DNA of 64,000 nt from an uncultured cyanobacterium (GCA_963765575.1 CAVXWZ010000002.1:576001-640000); one strand, 5' to 3'. Shown: positions 1 through 16,925, counted from the stretch's first letter. Numbers and translations are program-made. Notes: generated from the sequence alone by a model not told the origin.

Positions 1-106
1 GCGCCGCTCGAGGCCGTCGGAGACGGCGGTCCCAGACAGATGATCGCCCCCCCGGGCGGCTACCGCCGCCTGCGGGTGAACAGAACCCGGCTTATGTCCT
101 GCTTTC
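1..106 (+). ncRNA. rnpB: RNase P RNA, 3' portion (truncated by window start)
   Basis: Conserved 3' motifs CCCAGACAGATGAT and AACAGAACCCGGCTTA, followed by P1 3' strand TCCTGCTTTC. Confidence 0.92.
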
Positions 107-131
107 ACCCCCTTCCAGTCCAGTCCCCGCC

Positions 132-887
132 GTGACCCCGGAGCGCCGTCGCCAGCTGCTGGCCTTCCTGGCCGGCCTGGGACTGAATCCAGCCCCGCCG
201 CACGGCCCCGGCGATGGGCCCGAGCTGCTGGCGCCGATCGAGGAGGCCCTCACCCACACCTCCGCCCGCCAGCCTCGCAACCACGAGCGGCTTGAGTTTC
301 TCGGCGATGCGGTGTTGCGCCTCGCCGCCTCGGAGTACCTGGAGCGCCAGCACCCCCGCCTGAGCGTGGGCCGCCGCTCGGCCCTGCGCGCCCAGCTGGT
401 GAGCGACCGCTGGCTGGGGGAGCTGGGGGAGCACTGCGGCATCGAGACGGTGTGGCGGATCGGCGCCATCGCCGCCGGCGACCGCGCTGGCCAGGCCACC
501 GTGCGCGCCGAACTCTGCGAAGCCCTGATCGGCGCCCTTTATCAGCTGTGGGGGGGAACGGCGGGCGGCCTGGAGCCGGTGCTGCAGTGGCTCACGCCCC
601 ACTGGCAACGCAGCAGCGCCGAGCTGCTGGCCGATCCCCACCGCCACAACTGGAAATCCGCCCTGCAGGAGTGGAGCCAGGGCTGCGCCCTGGGGCTGCC
701 CGCTTACCACTGCCGGGAGCAGCACCCCCTGCACGGCCATCCCCAGCGCTTCCAGTGCACGGTCGCGCTGCCGCGGCCCGGAAGCGATCCGTGCGTCGCC
801 GAGGGTGCGGGCCCCTCACGCCGCGCCGCCGAGCAGGACGCCGCCCGCTCGCTGCTGGCCCTGCTCAGGCCTGCTCCAGGGTGTTGA
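132..887 (+). CDS. rnc: Ribonuclease III
   Basis: ERLEFLGDAVL signature; C-terminal dsRBD (NWKSALQEW...AEQDAA). Confidence 0.95.
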   Translation: MTPERRRQLLAFLAGLGLNPAPPHGPGDGPELLAPIEEALTHTSARQPRNHERLEFLGDAVLRLAASEYLERQHPRLSVGRRSALRAQLVSDRWLGELGEHCGIETVWRIGAIAAGDRAGQATVRAELCEALIGALYQLWGGTAGGLEPVLQWLTPHWQRSSAELLADPHRHNWKSALQEWSQGCALGLPAYHCREQHPLHGHPQRFQCTVALPRPGSDPCVAEGAGPSRRAAEQDAARSLLALLRPAPGC

Positions 888-1044
888 GCGGCACAGTCAC
901 CAGCTTGTCCCAGTTGCCGCCCTCAAACAGCACAGCCGCCCGGCTGCCGCTGATGCGTTGCACGAAGCCCCGGTAGCCGTTGTAGATGGAGCGTCCATCG
1001 CGCACCACCACGGTGGTGCCGGGCAGGATCGGCAGAGCGGTCAT
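865..1044 (-). CDS. ndhS: NAD(P)H dehydrogenase subunit NdhS (59 aa, absent from the ORF track)
   Basis: Hand translation: [59 protein letters not shown]. Confidence 0.9.
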   Translation of the reverse strand: MTALPILPGTTVVVRDGRSIYNGYRGFVQRISGSRAAVLFEGGNWDKLVTVPLNTLEQA

Positions 1045-1109
1045 GGTGGGCTGGCGAGGGACAGGTGCGGGCTCTGGCCCATTATCGGGGGCCGATGGCT
1101 GCGGCAGGA

Positions 1110-1643
1110 ATGGCGGACGCTCCGGCCGACGAATTGATGGTGGTGGGGCGCGTGGTGGCGGCCCAGGGCCTGAAGGGGGAACTGCGGATGCTGCCCCTGA
1201 GTGATTTCCCCGAGCGCTTCACCCGGGCGGGCCAGCGCTGGTTGCGGCGGCCGGGGGGAGACGTGCGCAGCGTCGAGCTGCTGGGCGGGCGGGTGCTGCC
1301 GGGCAAGGAGCTGTTCGTGGTGCGCCTGGAGGGCATCGACAGCCGCGAGGCCGTCGAGGCGCTGGTGGGGGAGGAGCTGCTGGTGCGCGCCAGCGACCGG
1401 CCGCGGCTGGGGAAGGGGGAATTCCACCTGCTCGATCTGGTGGGACTGGAGGTGCGGCTGCTGGAGAGCGGCGCGGCCCTGGGCACGGTGACCAACCTGC
1501 TGCACGCCGGCAACGACCTGCTGGAGGTGACGATCGACGAGCGGCGCGTGCTGATCCCCTTCGTGCGCCCAATCGTGCCGGAGGTGCACCTCGACCAGGG
1601 CTGGATCGGCATCACGCCGCCGCCAGGGCTGCTGGAGCTCTGA
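1110..1643 (+). CDS. rimM: 16S rRNA processing protein RimM
   Basis: [30 protein letters not shown] motifs; start uncertain. Confidence 0.93.
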   Translation: MADAPADELMVVGRVVAAQGLKGELRMLPLSDFPERFTRAGQRWLRRPGGDVRSVELLGGRVLPGKELFVVRLEGIDSREAVEALVGEELLVRASDRPRLGKGEFHLLDLVGLEVRLLESGAALGTVTNLLHAGNDLLEVTIDERRVLIPFVRPIVPEVHLDQGWIGITPPPGLLEL

Positions 1644-1716
1644 GCCCAGCTGGTTGCCCTGGCCCCTGCTTGCCGGCTGGCCTTGAATGGGGCCACCGCC
1701 GTCCCCGCAGAGCCCC

Positions 1717-3214
1717 ATGGCCCCCAGCAACCTGGTTCCGGTGATTCTCTGCGGCGGCACCGGCACCCGGCTGTGGCCGCTGTCGCGCGCCAGCTACCCC
1801 AAGCAGTACTGGGCCCTGGCCGGTGACGGCGAGGAAACCCTGCTGCAGCAAACCCAGCTGCGCCTGGCGGGACTGCCGGGCCTGGCACCACCGCTGCTGA
1901 TCTGCAACGAGGACCACCGCTTCATCGTGGCCGAGCAGATGCGCCAGATCGACGTGGATCCGGCCGGCATCCTGCTGGAGCCGATCGGCCGCAACACCGC
2001 CCCGGCGGTGGCGGTGGCGGCGCTGCAGGCCACGGCCCAGGGCGACGATCCGCTGCTGCTGGTGCTGGCGGCCGACCATGTGATCCGCGACGCCGAGCGC
2101 TTCCGCGCCAGCGTCTGCGCCGGCCTGGCGGCGGCGGCGGCGGGCCGGCTGGTGACCTTCGGGATCGTGCCCACGGCAGCGGAAACCGGCTACGGCTACA
2201 TCGAGGCCGCCGAAGCGCTGCCCCTCGATGGCGACGCGGCGCCGGCTCGACCGGTGCCCATCGCCCGCTTCGTGGAGAAGCCCGACCAGGCGACGGCCGA
2301 GGCCTTCCTGGCCACCGGGCGCTTCACCTGGAACAGCGGCATGTTCCTGTTCCGCTCCAGCGCCATCCTGGCGGAGCTGGAGCGGCTGGCCCCGGAGGTG
2401 GTGAGCGCCTGCCGCTCGGCCCTGGAGCACGATGCCGCCGATCTCGACTTCCTGCGCCTGGAGCGCGAGGCCTTCGCCGGCTGTCCCAACGTGGCGCTGG
2501 ATGTGGCGGTGATGGAGCAGACCACCCTGGGCAGCGTGCTGCCGCTGCAGGCCGGCTGGAGTGATGTGGGCAGCTGGAGCGCCCTGTGGGAAACGGCCGA
2601 CCAGGACGCCGCCGGCAATGTGCTGCGCGGACGGGTGATCAGCCAGTCTTCCCGCAACTGCTACCTGCGCAGTGAACACCGGCTGGTGGTGGGGCTGGGC
2701 GTGGAGGATCTGGTGGTGGTGGAAACCGACGACGTGGTGCTGGTGGCCCACCGCGACTGCGCCCAGGACGTGAAGAGTGTGGTGGGCCTGCTGGAGCAGG
2801 CGGGGGCGCGCGAGAGCCGGGCCCACCGCAAGATCTACCGGCCCTGGGGCTCCTACGACGGCGTGGTGGAGGGCGAGCGCTGGCAGGTGAAGACGATCGT
2901 GGTCAATCCCGGCGCCAGCCTGTCGCTGCAGATGCACCACCACCGGGCCGAGCACTGGGTGGTGGTGCAGGGCACGGCCCTGGTGGAGAAGGACGGCAGC
3001 CAGGAGCTGCTGAGCGAGAACCAGAGCACCTACATCCCGCTGGGGTCCCGCCACCGGCTCAGCAACCCCGGCCGCATCCCCATGGAGATGATCGAGGTGC
3101 AGAGCGGCTCCTATCTGGGCGAAGACGACATCCTGCGCTTCGAGGACCGCTACGGCCGCAGCGACCAGCCCCAGGCCCAACCCCAGCGGGCGCAGGCGGC
3201 GGTGGGCGGAGCCC

Positions 3215-3228
<14 letters not shown>
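1717..3228 (+). CDS. manC: Mannose-1-phosphate guanylyltransferase/mannose-6-phosphate isomerase
   Basis: PVILCGGTGTRLWPLSR, FVEKP, WNSGMF, cupin SLQMHHHRAEHW. Confidence 0.95.
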
Positions 3229-5164
<1,936 letters not shown>

Positions 5165-5193
5165 AGGGCTGTGGCAACAAAACCTGGGGCAAC

Positions 5194-5218
5194 AAAAAAG
5201 CCCGGCTTGCGGCCGGGC
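5194..5218 (-). terminator. Rho-independent terminator downstream of psaC
   Basis: Minus strand GCCCGGC-CGCAA-GCCGGGC then TTTTTT. Confidence 0.75.
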
Positions 5219-5345
5219 CTGAGCTTATGGAAGCCCAGCGGAGGGGCAAGGGCACACCCGTCAGGGCACCTGAGAGGGGGCCTTGAAAGGAGCGTTGAAA
5301 CACTGGAGCAGGATCGCCAGCCTGGGGCGATCCGTGACTCGCGGC

Positions 5346-5684
<339 letters not shown>

Positions 5685-5781
5685 TCATACGCAGGCCCGG
5701 TGCGGGGCCGGCAGGGGCTGGGCGCCGGCCCGGGGAGGCCGGCCCGGTGACCCGTAGAGTGCCTCGATTCTCACAGCGGCC

Positions 5782-6024
5782 ATGTCACAGGAAGCGATCT
5801 ACGAGAAAGTGCGCTCGATCGTTGCCGAGCAACTCAGCGTCGATGCCGCTGAGGTCAAGTCCGAGTCGAACTTCCAGAACGACCTGGGCGCCGATTCCCT
5901 GGACACGGTGGAACTGGTGATGGCGCTTGAAGAGGCCTTCGACATCGAGATTCCCGATGAGGCCGCCGAGGGCATCGCCACCGTCGGTGATGCCGTCAAC
6001 TACATCCAAGAGAAACAGGCCTGA
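5782..6024 (+). CDS. acpP: Acyl carrier protein
   Basis: [18 protein letters not shown]. Confidence 0.98.
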   Translation: MSQEAIYEKVRSIVAEQLSVDAAEVKSESNFQNDLGADSLDTVELVMALEEAFDIEIPDEAAEGIATVGDAVNYIQEKQA

Positions 6025-6032
6025 ACCGCTCC

Positions 6033-7280
6033 ATGGTTGAGGGTCTTCAGCGCGTCGTCGTCACCGGCCTCGGTGCGCTCACACCGATCGGCAACGACGT
6101 GGCCAGCTACTGGGAGGGTCTCAGCAGCGGTCGCAATGGCGTGGCGGGCATCACCCTCTTCGACCCCAGCCGCCATGCCTGCCGCTTCGCCGCGGAGGTG
6201 AAGAATTTCGATGCCCGCGGCTGGCTGGAGCCCAAGGAAGTCAAGCGCTGGGATCGCTTCTGCCAGTTCGCCGTGGTGGCCGCCAGGCAGGCCGTGGCCG
6301 ATGCCGGCCTGAGCATCACCGACAGCAACCGCCAGCGCGTGGGCACCGCCATCGGCTCGGGCGTGGGTGGCCTGCTGATGATGGAAACCCAGGCCCAGGT
6401 GCTCGTTGACCGCGGCCCCGATCGGGTCAGCCCGTTCTGCGTGCCGATGATGATCCCCAACATGGCCACCGGGCTGACGGCGATCGCCCTCGGTGCCCAG
6501 GGCCCCAGCAGTGCGGTGTCCACCGCCTGCGCCGCCGGCTCCAACGCCATTGGCGATGCCTACCGCCTGATCCAGCTGGGTCTGGCCGACGCCATGGTGT
6601 GCGGCGGCGCCGAGTCAGCGATCACGCCCCTGGGGGTGGCCGGTTTCGCCAGCGCCAAGGCGCTGTCGTTCCGCAACGACGATCCAGCCACGGCCAGCCG
6701 GCCCTTCGATGCCGAGCGCAATGGCTTCGTGATCGGCGAGGGCGCCGGCATGCTGGTGCTCGAGAGCCTCGACCACGCCCGCTCCCGCGGCGCCCGCATC
6801 CTCGGCGAGGTGGTGGGCTACGGCATGACCTGCGATGCCCACCACATGACCGCCCCCGCCCCGGGCGGCATCGGCGGCGCCGAGGCCATGCGCCTGGCCC
6901 TCCGCGATGCCGGCCTCGAAGCCGAAGCGGTGGATTACGTCAACGCCCACGGCACCAGCACCCAGGCCAACGACAGCAACGAGACGGCCGCCATCAAGAG
7001 CGCCCTGGGGGACCATGCCCGGCAGATCCCAGTGAGTTCCACCAAGTCGATGACCGGCCACCTGCTGGGCGGCAGCGGCGGCATCGAGGCGGTGGCCGCC
7101 ATCCTGGCGATGGAGCACGGAGTGGTGCCGCCTACCATCAACTACAGCAATCCGGATCCGGCCTGTGATCTGGATGTCGTACCCAACCAGGCCCGGGAAG
7201 CCAAGCTCGATGTGGTGTTGTCCAACTCCTTTGGATTCGGAGGCCACAACGTCTGCCTGGCCTTTCGACGGCTGAGCTGA
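6033..7280 (+). CDS. fabF: Beta-ketoacyl-ACP synthase II
   Basis: TACAAG, NAHGTST, KSMTGHLLG, SNSFGFGG. Confidence 0.97.
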   Translation: MVEGLQRVVVTGLGALTPIGNDVASYWEGLSSGRNGVAGITLFDPSRHACRFAAEVKNFDARGWLEPKEVKRWDRFCQFAVVAARQAVADAGLSITDSNRQRVGTAIGSGVGGLLMMETQAQVLVDRGPDRVSPFCVPMMIPNMATGLTAIALGAQGPSSAVSTACAAGSNAIGDAYRLIQLGLADAMVCGGAESAITPLGVAGFASAKALSFRNDDPATASRPFDAERNGFVIGEGAGMLVLESLDHARSRGARILGEVVGYGMTCDAHHMTAPAPGGIGGAEAMRLALRDAGLEAEAVDYVNAHGTSTQANDSNETAAIKSALGDHARQIPVSSTKSMTGHLLGGSGGIEAVAAILAMEHGVVPPTINYSNPDPACDLDVVPNQAREAKLDVVLSNSFGFGGHNVCLAFRRLS

Positions 7281-7370
7281 GCCTTCCCGCCCAGCCTGAA
7301 TTCCCCACCTGTGCCCGAGCGCCCACGGCGCTTCAGCCCAGCCCCTTCTCCCACCTTTCGCTTTTCAACG

Positions 7371-9398
7371 ATGGTCGCAGCTCCCCCGTCCCCCGTCACC
7401 GCCGCCGGTCCGCTGGAGGCGCTGTGCGTCAACAGCATCCGCTTTCTCGCGGTCGACGCGATCAACAAGTCGAACTCCGGCCACCCGGGGCTGCCGATGG
7501 GCTGCGCGCCCATGGCCTTCGCGCTGTGGGACAAGCTGCTGAAGCACAACCCCAAGAACCCCAAGTGGTTCAACCGGGATCGCTTCGTGCTCTCGGCCGG
7601 CCACGGCTGCATGCTGCTCTACGCGCTGCTGCACCTCACCGGTTACGACTCGGTGAGCCTCGACGACATCAAGCAGTTCCGCCAGTGGGGCTCCAAGACC
7701 CCGGGCCACCCGGAGACCTTCGAAACCCCCGGGGTGGAAGTGACCACGGGCCCGCTGGGGCAGGGCATCTCCAGCGCCGTGGGCCTGGCGATGGCCGAGG
7801 CCCATCTGGCCGCCCGCTTCAACAAGCCCGACTGCACCCTGGTGGACCATTTCACCTATGTGCTCATGGGTGACGGCTGCAACCAGGAGGGAGTGAGCTC
7901 GGAGGCCGCCTCCCTGGCCGGCCACCTGGGCCTGGGCAAGCTGATCGCCCTCTACGACGACAACCACATCACCATCGACGGCAACACCGAGGTGTCCTTC
8001 ACCGAGGATGTGCTGAAGCGCTACGAGGCCTACGGCTGGCACACCATCCACATCGCCGACGGCAACACCGACATCGCCGCCATCAGCGGCGCGATTGAGG
8101 CGGCCAAGGCGGTCACGGACCGTCCCTCGCTGATCAAGGTCACCACCACCATCGGCTACGGCTCCCCCAACAAGGCCAACACCGCCGGGGTCCACGGTGC
8201 CGCCCTGGGGGCCGATGAGGCCGAGCTCACCCGCAAAAACCTGGGCTGGACCTTTGGCGCCTTCGAGGTGCCCCAGCAGGCTTACGACCACTGGCGTCAG
8301 GCCGTGGGCCGCGGCGCCGCCGCCGAGGCCGACTGGAACAGCCGCCTCGACGACTACCGCCGCAGCTACCCCGCCGAGGCGGCCGCGTTCGAGCGCCAGC
8401 TGCGCGGTGAACTGCCCCAGGGCTGGGATGGCGGCCTGCCCGCCTACGGCGCCGAGGACAAGGGCAAGGCCACCCGCGCCCACTCCTTCGACTGCCTCAA
8501 TGCCATCGGCCCCAACCTGCCGGAACTGATCGGCGGCTCGGCCGACCTCACCCACTCCAACCTCACCGACATCAAGGGGGAGAAGAGCTTCCAGAAGGGC
8601 GCCGAAGCCAACCGCTACCTGCACTTCGGTGTGCGCGAGCACGCCATGGCGGCGATCCTCAATGGCCTCGCGTATCACGGCAGCGGCCTGATCCCCTACG
8701 GCGGCACCTTCGCCGTGTTCGCCGGCTATGCCCTCGGCGCCATCCGCCTTTCGGCCCTGAGTGAGCTGGGCGTGATCTACGTGCTCACCCACGACTCCAT
8801 CGGCCTGGGCGAGGACGGCCCCACCCACCAGCCGATCGAGACCCTGGCCAGCCTGCGGGCCCTGCCGAACCTGCTGGTGATCCGCCCCGGCGACGGCAAC
8901 GAGACCAGTGGTGCCTACCAGGTGGCGATCAACAACCGTCACCGCCCCACGGCCCTGATCCTCAGCCGCCAGGCGATGGCCAACCAGGCCAACTCCAGTG
9001 CCGCCGCCGTGGCCAGGGGCGGCTACGTGCTGGAGGACAGCAACGGCAGCACCCGATCTGATCCTGATCGGCACCGGCACCGAGCTGGAGCTCTGCACCA
9101 AGGCCGCCGCCGCGCTGCGCGCCGAAGGCAAGGCCGTACGGGTGGTGTCGATGCCCTGTGTGGAGCTGTTCGAGGAGCAGGACGCCAGCTACCGCGAGAG
9201 CGTGCTGCCCGCCGCCTGCCGCAAACGCCTGGTGGTGGAGGCCTCCAGCAGCTTCGGCTGGCACAAGTTCACCGGCTTCGAGGGCGACACCGTGTCGATC
9301 GACCGCTTCGGCGCCTCCGCCCCCGGCCCGGTGTGCATGGAGCAGTTCGGCTTCACCGTGGACAACGTGCTGGCCAAGGCCAGGGCCTGCTGGGCTGA
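7371..9398 (+). CDS. tkt: Transketolase (compensating indels near 9050 and 9385, probably sequencing errors)
   Basis: [18 protein letters not shown] ThDP motif, [17 protein letters not shown]-terminal domain continues in the 8998..9459 frame. Confidence 0.95.
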   Translation: MVAAPPSPVTAAGPLEALCVNSIRFLAVDAINKSNSGHPGLPMGCAPMAFALWDKLLKHNPKNPKWFNRDRFVLSAGHGCMLLYALLHLTGYDSVSLDDIKQFRQWGSKTPGHPETFETPGVEVTTGPLGQGISSAVGLAMAEAHLAARFNKPDCTLVDHFTYVLMGDGCNQEGVSSEAASLAGHLGLGKLIALYDDNHITIDGNTEVSFTEDVLKRYEAYGWHTIHIADGNTDIAAISGAIEAAKAVTDRPSLIKVTTTIGYGSPNKANTAGVHGAALGADEAELTRKNLGWTFGAFEVPQQAYDHWRQAVGRGAAAEADWNSRLDDYRRSYPAEAAAFERQLRGELPQGWDGGLPAYGAEDKGKATRAHSFDCLNAIGPNLPELIGGSADLTHSNLTDIKGEKSFQKGAEANRYLHFGVREHAMAAILNGLAYHGSGLIPYGGTFAVFAGYALGAIRLSALSELGVIYVLTHDSIGLGEDGPTHQPIETLASLRALPNLLVIRPGDGNETSGAYQVAINNRHRPTALILSRQAMANQANSSAAAVARGGYVLEDSNGSTRSDPDRHRHRAGALHQGRRRAARRRQGRTGGVDALCGAVRGAGRQLPRERAARRLPQTPGGGGLQQLRLAQVHRLRGRHRVDRPLRRLRPRPGVHGAVRLHRGQRAGQGQGLLG

Positions 9399-9468
9399 TC
9401 CAGCCGGCCTGGGTATCCCGCCAGCTGATCAGGGTCGGCCAGCCAATCTGCTTGTCTGAATCCTTAGG

Positions 9469-9492
9469 GCCCCGCAGATGGCGGGGCTTTTT
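9469..9492 (+). terminator. Rho-independent terminator after tkt
   Basis: GCCCCGC-AGATG-GCGGGGC-TTTTT. Confidence 0.8.
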
Positions 9493-9753
9493 GCTGAGGG
9501 CGCCTCGTCAGAGCCCGACACGACAGGGGAGGAAGGCAGAGTGCTCAACGTGATCGCACTGCTGTGACAACCAGCACCCCAGGCCCTGGAAACCATCTGA
9601 CGGAGATTGCCGAAGAGTCCCCTGCCTGAGCAGGGAACACCTCCAAGCCGAACAAAGGGATAACAGTAAAGAAAGACTACAGGCTATGCGCTTGTCCCAA
9701 GACGCACGCTTGGAGGCGGCTAAACAAGAACGATTAATTCTTTAGAGGCGCCG

Positions 9754-10865
9754 ATGCGACTCAGGAACAAGGGCGCCAATGGCGCTTCGGGCGCCAACTC
9801 CGGCCAGAATGGTGCTCCCGGATCCCAAGAGGAGGTCGCCGCAGCAGCTGGCCGACGTGGCAGCGATGGTGCAGACGGCAGGAATATTGTTACCAATCCC
9901 AACGGGACGGATGGGCGCAATGGTGGCAATGGCCGGAATGGCGTCGATGGCGGCAACGGCAGGGATGGGGGCGATGGCGACTCGGGCCAGAATGGATTGG
10001 TTGGCTTAAGACTGAGACAAAAGGATATCGGGAAAGGGACGAGGCAGAGACAGAATCCTGGGATTGGCGGCAGGGGTGGAAACGGCCGAGATGGCGGCGA
10101 TGGAGGCGAACGGTGGTGCTGGTCAGAGGGGTGGATCGGGTGGACGGGGTGGCGATGGTGGGGACGCCGCAATGCCGTGTTCGCGAAGTGCCGGTGATGG
10201 CGGCAATGGTGGGAATGGTGGACGATGGAGGTAATGGCGGAAATGGTGGTGATGGGGGTGATGGCGGCGATGGGGGCAGCGGCGGTTCCGGCATTGTCTT
10301 CCGCTCTCGTTTCAATACCGGCGCCGGTAACGATGTGATCATCGGCAGAGGGGGGGCCGGAGGGCTTGGGAGCTCAGGGCGGAAGTGGTGGCGAGCTCGG
10401 AGCTGGGGGTAGAGGTGGGTCTTTGGTGGCGTTGGCAGGGGACTCGGGGGTAAGTTCAAGGGCGCAAGCCTTGCCAGGAATGGAGAAAACGGCAGTTGTG
10501 GAACTTTGGCAGTGGGTGGAAACCCTGGGAGCTCCGGCGACCCTGGAGAAGATGGAGAAAACGGCAGCAGAGGTTTCGCCATTTTTAGCAAAACAACAGT
10601 CAAAACAGGCGCTGGAAACGATACGATCAATGGCCTACGAGGAGGTTTTGGAGGTAGCGGCAAATATCTGCTGGGCAGCGGCAAGGACCGAGTGCTGGGC
10701 TTTGGGAATGGCACCTTTAATGGCGGCAAAGGGAAAGACTCCCTGTTCCTGCCAGGACAAGCCAGTGATTACAACACCAGAAATATCAAAGGCGGCTTCT
10801 CGTATACCATGGGATCTATGACCATGCGTGCGATAAGCTTTGAGGAAATTACATTCCTGGGCTAA
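9754..10865 (+). CDS. Glycine-rich (G-X-X repeat) protein with RTX-like motifs, multiply frameshifted
   Basis: GGNGRNGVDGGNGRDGGD runs plus TGAGNDVIIG, TGAGNDTING, GSGKDRVLG and GGKGKDSL across several frames; lower GC than flanks; start uncertain. Confidence 0.65.
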
Positions 10866-10929
10866 TCCTCGACCAGGAAGTCATCACCAGAATGACTCCA
10901 GGAGCCTCTGCGACTCTCGCGCAGGGGCT

Positions 10930-13169
<2,240 letters not shown>

Positions 13170-13226
13170 TCACGACCGTACGAAGGGCGATCAGCGCCGA
13201 GCGCGGCCCTCACATTCCGTAGCCCT

Positions 13227-13994
13227 TCACGGCCCCGCCAGGGCCGCGCGCAAGGCCGCCGAATCGAGGATCGGCGTGTTGTGGTCGAGATCGCTCACCA
13301 CCACCAGCTCGGCCACGCCCGGCCGGAAGGCCCGCTGCAGGGCTTCGGCATGGCGCAGCGGCACCACCGCATCCAATTCGGCCGCCACGATCGTGGTGGG
13401 GGCGCGCACCCGGGGCGCCTCGGCCGCCGCGTCCCAGCGGTCGCGCAGCAGCAGCCGCACCGGCAGCCAGGGCATGGCGCCGCGGGCCACCGCCAGCAGG
13501 CTGTCGAAGGGCACCAGCAGCACCAGCCGCTGCACCTCGCGGGTGGCGGCCAGGTGCACGGCCGGCCCGGTGCCGAGGCTGCGGCCCGCCACACTCACCT
13601 CGCGGTGCCGCTGGCTCACGTGGGCGTAGAGCGCCTGGGCGTCGGCGCGCAGAGCGGCTTCGCTGGGCCTGCCGCCGCTGCCGCCATAGCCGCGGTAGTG
13701 GAGCAGGTAGAGGGCGGTGTCCGGCAGCAGGGCGGCCAGCTCGGCGCGGGTCAGCGACACATCCTCGGCATTGCCGCCGAAGTAGATCAGCGCCTTCGGC
13801 CCCGCATGGGGACGCTGGGCCACCAGCACCCGCGCGCCCTCCACCTGCAGCGCCAGCTGATTGCGGGGATCGGCGGCCGGCCTCGGGAAGTAGATGAACG
13901 AGCGCTGGGCCACGGCCATCAACAGGCAGACGCTGCCGTAGCCCAGGGCCAGCCAGGCCGCCCAGCCCAGCAGGCGGGCCGTGGGTGGGTTCAT
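13227..13994 (-). CDS. Membrane-anchored alpha/beta hydrolase (ABHD17/Bem46-like)
   Basis: N-terminal [28 protein letters not shown] elbow, D and H triad candidates. Confidence 0.85.
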   Translation of the reverse strand: MNPPTARLLGWAAWLALGYGSVCLLMAVAQRSFIYFPRPAADPRNQLALQVEGARVLVAQRPHAGPKALIYFGGNAEDVSLTRAELAALLPDTALYLLHYRGYGGSGGRPSEAALRADAQALYAHVSQRHREVSVAGRSLGTGPAVHLAATREVQRLVLLVPFDSLLAVARGAMPWLPVRLLLRDRWDAAAEAPRVRAPTTIVAAELDAVVPLRHAEALQRAFRPGVAELVVVSDLDHNTPILDSAALRAALAGP

Positions 13995-14021
13995 CGCTGC
14001 TCCGGCATCGCCATCACCACC

Positions 14022-16925
14022 TCAGCAGCCCAGGGTGAGCGGTGCCACCGGGGCGATGCGCGGGTTGCGCCCGCCCACCTGGTTGGCCCGCAGCACCAGG
14101 GCGGAGGCCCCCAGGTTGAGGAACACCTTCAGCACCGACTCGCAGGCCAGGCGCGGCAGCAGCGAGCGCCAGCTGCCGAGGCCCTGGAGCAGGTCGTGGA
14201 GGGGCTGGTCGTCGAGGCTGCTGCCCAGGCGGAAGGAATCGCGCTGCCAGTCGTCGCGCAGGGGGGGCACCGGCAGCAGGCGAGCGCGCAGGATCCGCTC
14301 CAGCTCCAGCAGGCTGCCCAGGCGCTCGGCCTGCTCGGGGTGACGCTGCTCCCAGGCCCGGCGTTGCTCTGGATCGAGGCCGCGGATCTCGGCATCCAGG
14401 TCGCGGATGGCCGCGAACAGGGCCAGGTTGGAGTCCTGGGCGCAGTTGTGGGCCGGCCCCACGAAGCTGCCGCCGCTGCCATCGCCGATGCGGTAGCGGG
14501 CCGTCATCGCCGTGAGCTGGCGAGCGAAGGCATCGAGCGGAGAGCGCTGCTGCTCGGCGCCTGGCAGCCCCAGGGTGTAGGTGCCGGTGAAGGGGGGAAA
14601 GCGCACCAGGATGTCGGCCACCGGCCGGCTGCCCAGCCAGCCCCACTGGCGCTCGCCCAGGTAGCGCCAGCGGTCCTGGGCGCCAGCGACGATGCCATCG
14701 CGGTTGTGGGCGTACACCTGGCGGTAGTCCACCGCCACGCAGAGCTCGCCGCCAGCCAGCGGGTCGCGCCGCACCCGGCCGAAGCCATAGGCGAAGTGGC
14801 CGCTGCAGAGGCCGCCGCGCAGGGCCTGCTCGCGCTGCTCGCCGCCGATGCCGCCGAACACGTGCAGCACCAGCAGCCGGTCGCCCTCCTGCCACGACGC
14901 CAGCAGGGCCTGGTCAGCGGCTCCGGGGGTGGCTCCAGGGGTGGCACCGGGGGCGGCCCGCCGCGACACCAGCACCGAACTGGCGGCGCCCGCGGTGGTG
15001 TCGGCCCAGGCCTGGTGGCGCAGGTAGCGCCAGGCGGCACGGGGATGGGCGATCAGCCGCTGGGGCGCCAGCCGGCGCAGCCGCCGCGGCAGCAGCGCCT
15101 GCACCACGAAAGCGCCGTCGCCGTCGCCCACGCCACTCACCAGCCAGCCCTCCCGGTTGAGCTCCCCCTCCGCCAGCCCGGCGGCGCTGGCCGGCAGGAT
15201 GCCCTCCTGGTTGGCCACCGGCGGCGGCAGCCGCAGGCGCAGGGGCGGGCCCGTGAACGCGCCCCGGGCGGGATCGAACACCAGCGCCTCCCAGGCATCG
15301 CCATCGAGGGGCCGCACAAAGCGCACCAGGGCCTGGGCCAGGCCGGCGGTCTGCAGCGGTTCAGCGCTCACCTGCAGCCGCAGCGGAGCCGTCGACGCTG
15401 ATGGCACCCCGCCCGCCAGCACGGTCACCGGTTCCTGCAGGCGCACCAGGAGGTCGTCGTGGGGATGGGCCCCGGCCAGGGACTCCAGCGGGTTCACCTG
15501 CGCCCAGCCATCCAGCCGCAGCGGGTGCTGGTTGCCGGCCCGGGCGCTGTCGCGGGCCTCATCGCTGAAGGCCACGTCCATCGTCACCGGGGCCAGGGCC
15601 GGATCCCGCCAGACCAGGGCGGCGATACGGCCGCAGCAGTGCCGCCAGCCGGGGGGTGCCTGCAGCACCTCGAAGCCCACGGCGCCATCGCGGGCGTCGG
15701 CCGCCGGCAGGATCAGCCGGCCGATCCAGTGCGGCCGCGGCTGGAGGCGCGGATCGGGCAGGGGGGCACCGTCGCGGGCCCCATCGGGGCGGTGCCAGGG
15801 GTTGGTGATGAAGCGGCCGTAGTTGCCGCTGGAGGCCATCAGCTCTGCCTCGCCGCCACGGGGGGTGGCGACGATGGCGCTGACCAGATCCAGGGTCTGC
15901 TGCATGGGCGTGCGTCCATCGGGGAGGGTGGCGACGGCATCCATGACCCCGCCGGGCAGCTCGTGCCCCACCGGGCCCAGCGGCACCAGGCTCACCCTGC
16001 CGCGCCGCAGCGCCCGGTTCCAGTCGGAGAAGAGATAGGCCGGCCAGCGGCGCGGGAAGAGGATCGAGCCCAGGGGCGCCACCCGGTCGCGGTCGCCCAC
16101 CAGGTGGAAGAGGTGCTCGGCCTGCAGCACGCGGTTGTTGCCCGCAAACACACCGGCCAGGGAGATCACCTGCACCGGTGCGCCGAGCAGCCGACGCACA
16201 TGGGGCAGGGCCCCGAGGGAGATCTGGCCGCCGCCGCTGAAGCCCAGCAGCGTCACCGGTGTGCCGCTGCCGGGGGCATAGCCGTTGGCCAGCAGGGACC
16301 CCACGATCAGCTCGGCCATGCCGGCGTTGTACAGCGGGCCATAGCGGCCATCGGCCGACACCGCCACCACGGTGAGGTTGCGCAGGTTCACCAGAAGGCC
16401 CAGCCAGGAGAGCGGCCGCCGCACCCGCCAGGCGTCCACCCAGCGCCAGAAGCGCGCCAGCCAGCGGCCCTCGGTGAGGGGCTGGTTGGTGATCGAGTAG
16501 GGCATGATCCCGCGCAGGATGGCGATGTCGGCCGGCAGGGCCGCCGCCAGGCGGCGCAGGAAGTCTTCCCCCTCTGGCAGGGCCTGCTGGGAGGCCTGGC
16601 CGATGCCGTCGAGATACACCACCCAGCGCCGCACCCTGTTGCCGGCGCTGACGGGAACCGCCAGCTCACCGAGGCTCGGCGGCCGCTCTTCGGCAGCGCC
16701 GAACCAGCCGGCCCACCACCCCAGCGACTCCAGCGGCGCCAGCAAGGCGGCGACCAGGAACAGCACCAGGCCGATGCCGATCAGATCCACCACAACGCCG
16801 AAGCTGCGCACCAGGGCCTGACGGGCCAGGGCCAGCAGCAGGCCGGTGCCCGGCACCAGCACCGCCAGCACCAGCAGCAGGGCCGCCAGCAGCCAGCGGC
16901 GATGGCGGCGCCACCAAAATCTCAT
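14022..16925 (-). CDS. Large membrane-anchored protein (967 aa) with a lipase-like domain and a conserved cyanobacterial C-terminal domain often labelled 'CAAX protease'
   Basis: ATG at 16925 overlaps the upstream stop; two N-terminal hydrophobic helices; [40 protein letters not shown]. Confidence 0.7.
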   Translation of the reverse strand: MRFWWRRHRRWLLAALLLVLAVLVPGTGLLLALARQALVRSFGVVVDLIGIGLVLFLVAALLAPLESLGWWAGWFGAAEERPPSLGELAVPVSAGNRVRRWVVYLDGIGQASQQALPEGEDFLRRLAAALPADIAILRGIMPYSITNQPLTEGRWLARFWRWVDAWRVRRPLSWLGLLVNLRNLTVVAVSADGRYGPLYNAGMAELIVGSLLANGYAPGSGTPVTLLGFSGGGQISLGALPHVRRLLGAPVQVISLAGVFAGNNRVLQAEHLFHLVGDRDRVAPLGSILFPRRWPAYLFSDWNRALRRGRVSLVPLGPVGHELPGGVMDAVATLPDGRTPMQQTLDLVSAIVATPRGGEAELMASSGNYGRFITNPWHRPDGARDGAPLPDPRLQPRPHWIGRLILPAADARDGAVGFEVLQAPPGWRHCCGRIAALVWRDPALAPVTMDVAFSDEARDSARAGNQHPLRLDGWAQVNPLESLAGAHPHDDLLVRLQEPVTVLAGGVPSASTAPLRLQVSAEPLQTAGLAQALVRFVRPLDGDAWEALVFDPARGAFTGPPLRLRLPPPVANQEGILPASAAGLAEGELNREGWLVSGVGDGDGAFVVQALLPRRLRRLAPQRLIAHPRAAWRYLRHQAWADTTAGAASSVLVSRRAAPGATPGATPGAADQALLASWQEGDRLLVLHVFGGIGGEQREQALRGGLCSGHFAYGFGRVRRDPLAGGELCVAVDYRQVYAHNRDGIVAGAQDRWRYLGERQWGWLGSRPVADILVRFPPFTGTYTLGLPGAEQQRSPLDAFARQLTAMTARYRIGDGSGGSFVGPAHNCAQDSNLALFAAIRDLDAEIRGLDPEQRRAWEQRHPEQAERLGSLLELERILRARLLPVPPLRDDWQRDSFRLGSSLDDQPLHDLLQGLGSWRSLLPRLACESVLKVFLNLGASALVLRANQVGGRNPRIAPVAPLTLGC

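Noticed and set aside
5165..5345. glmS ribozyme upstream of glmS
   Set aside because: Core consensus not found; only a terminator hairpin is evident.
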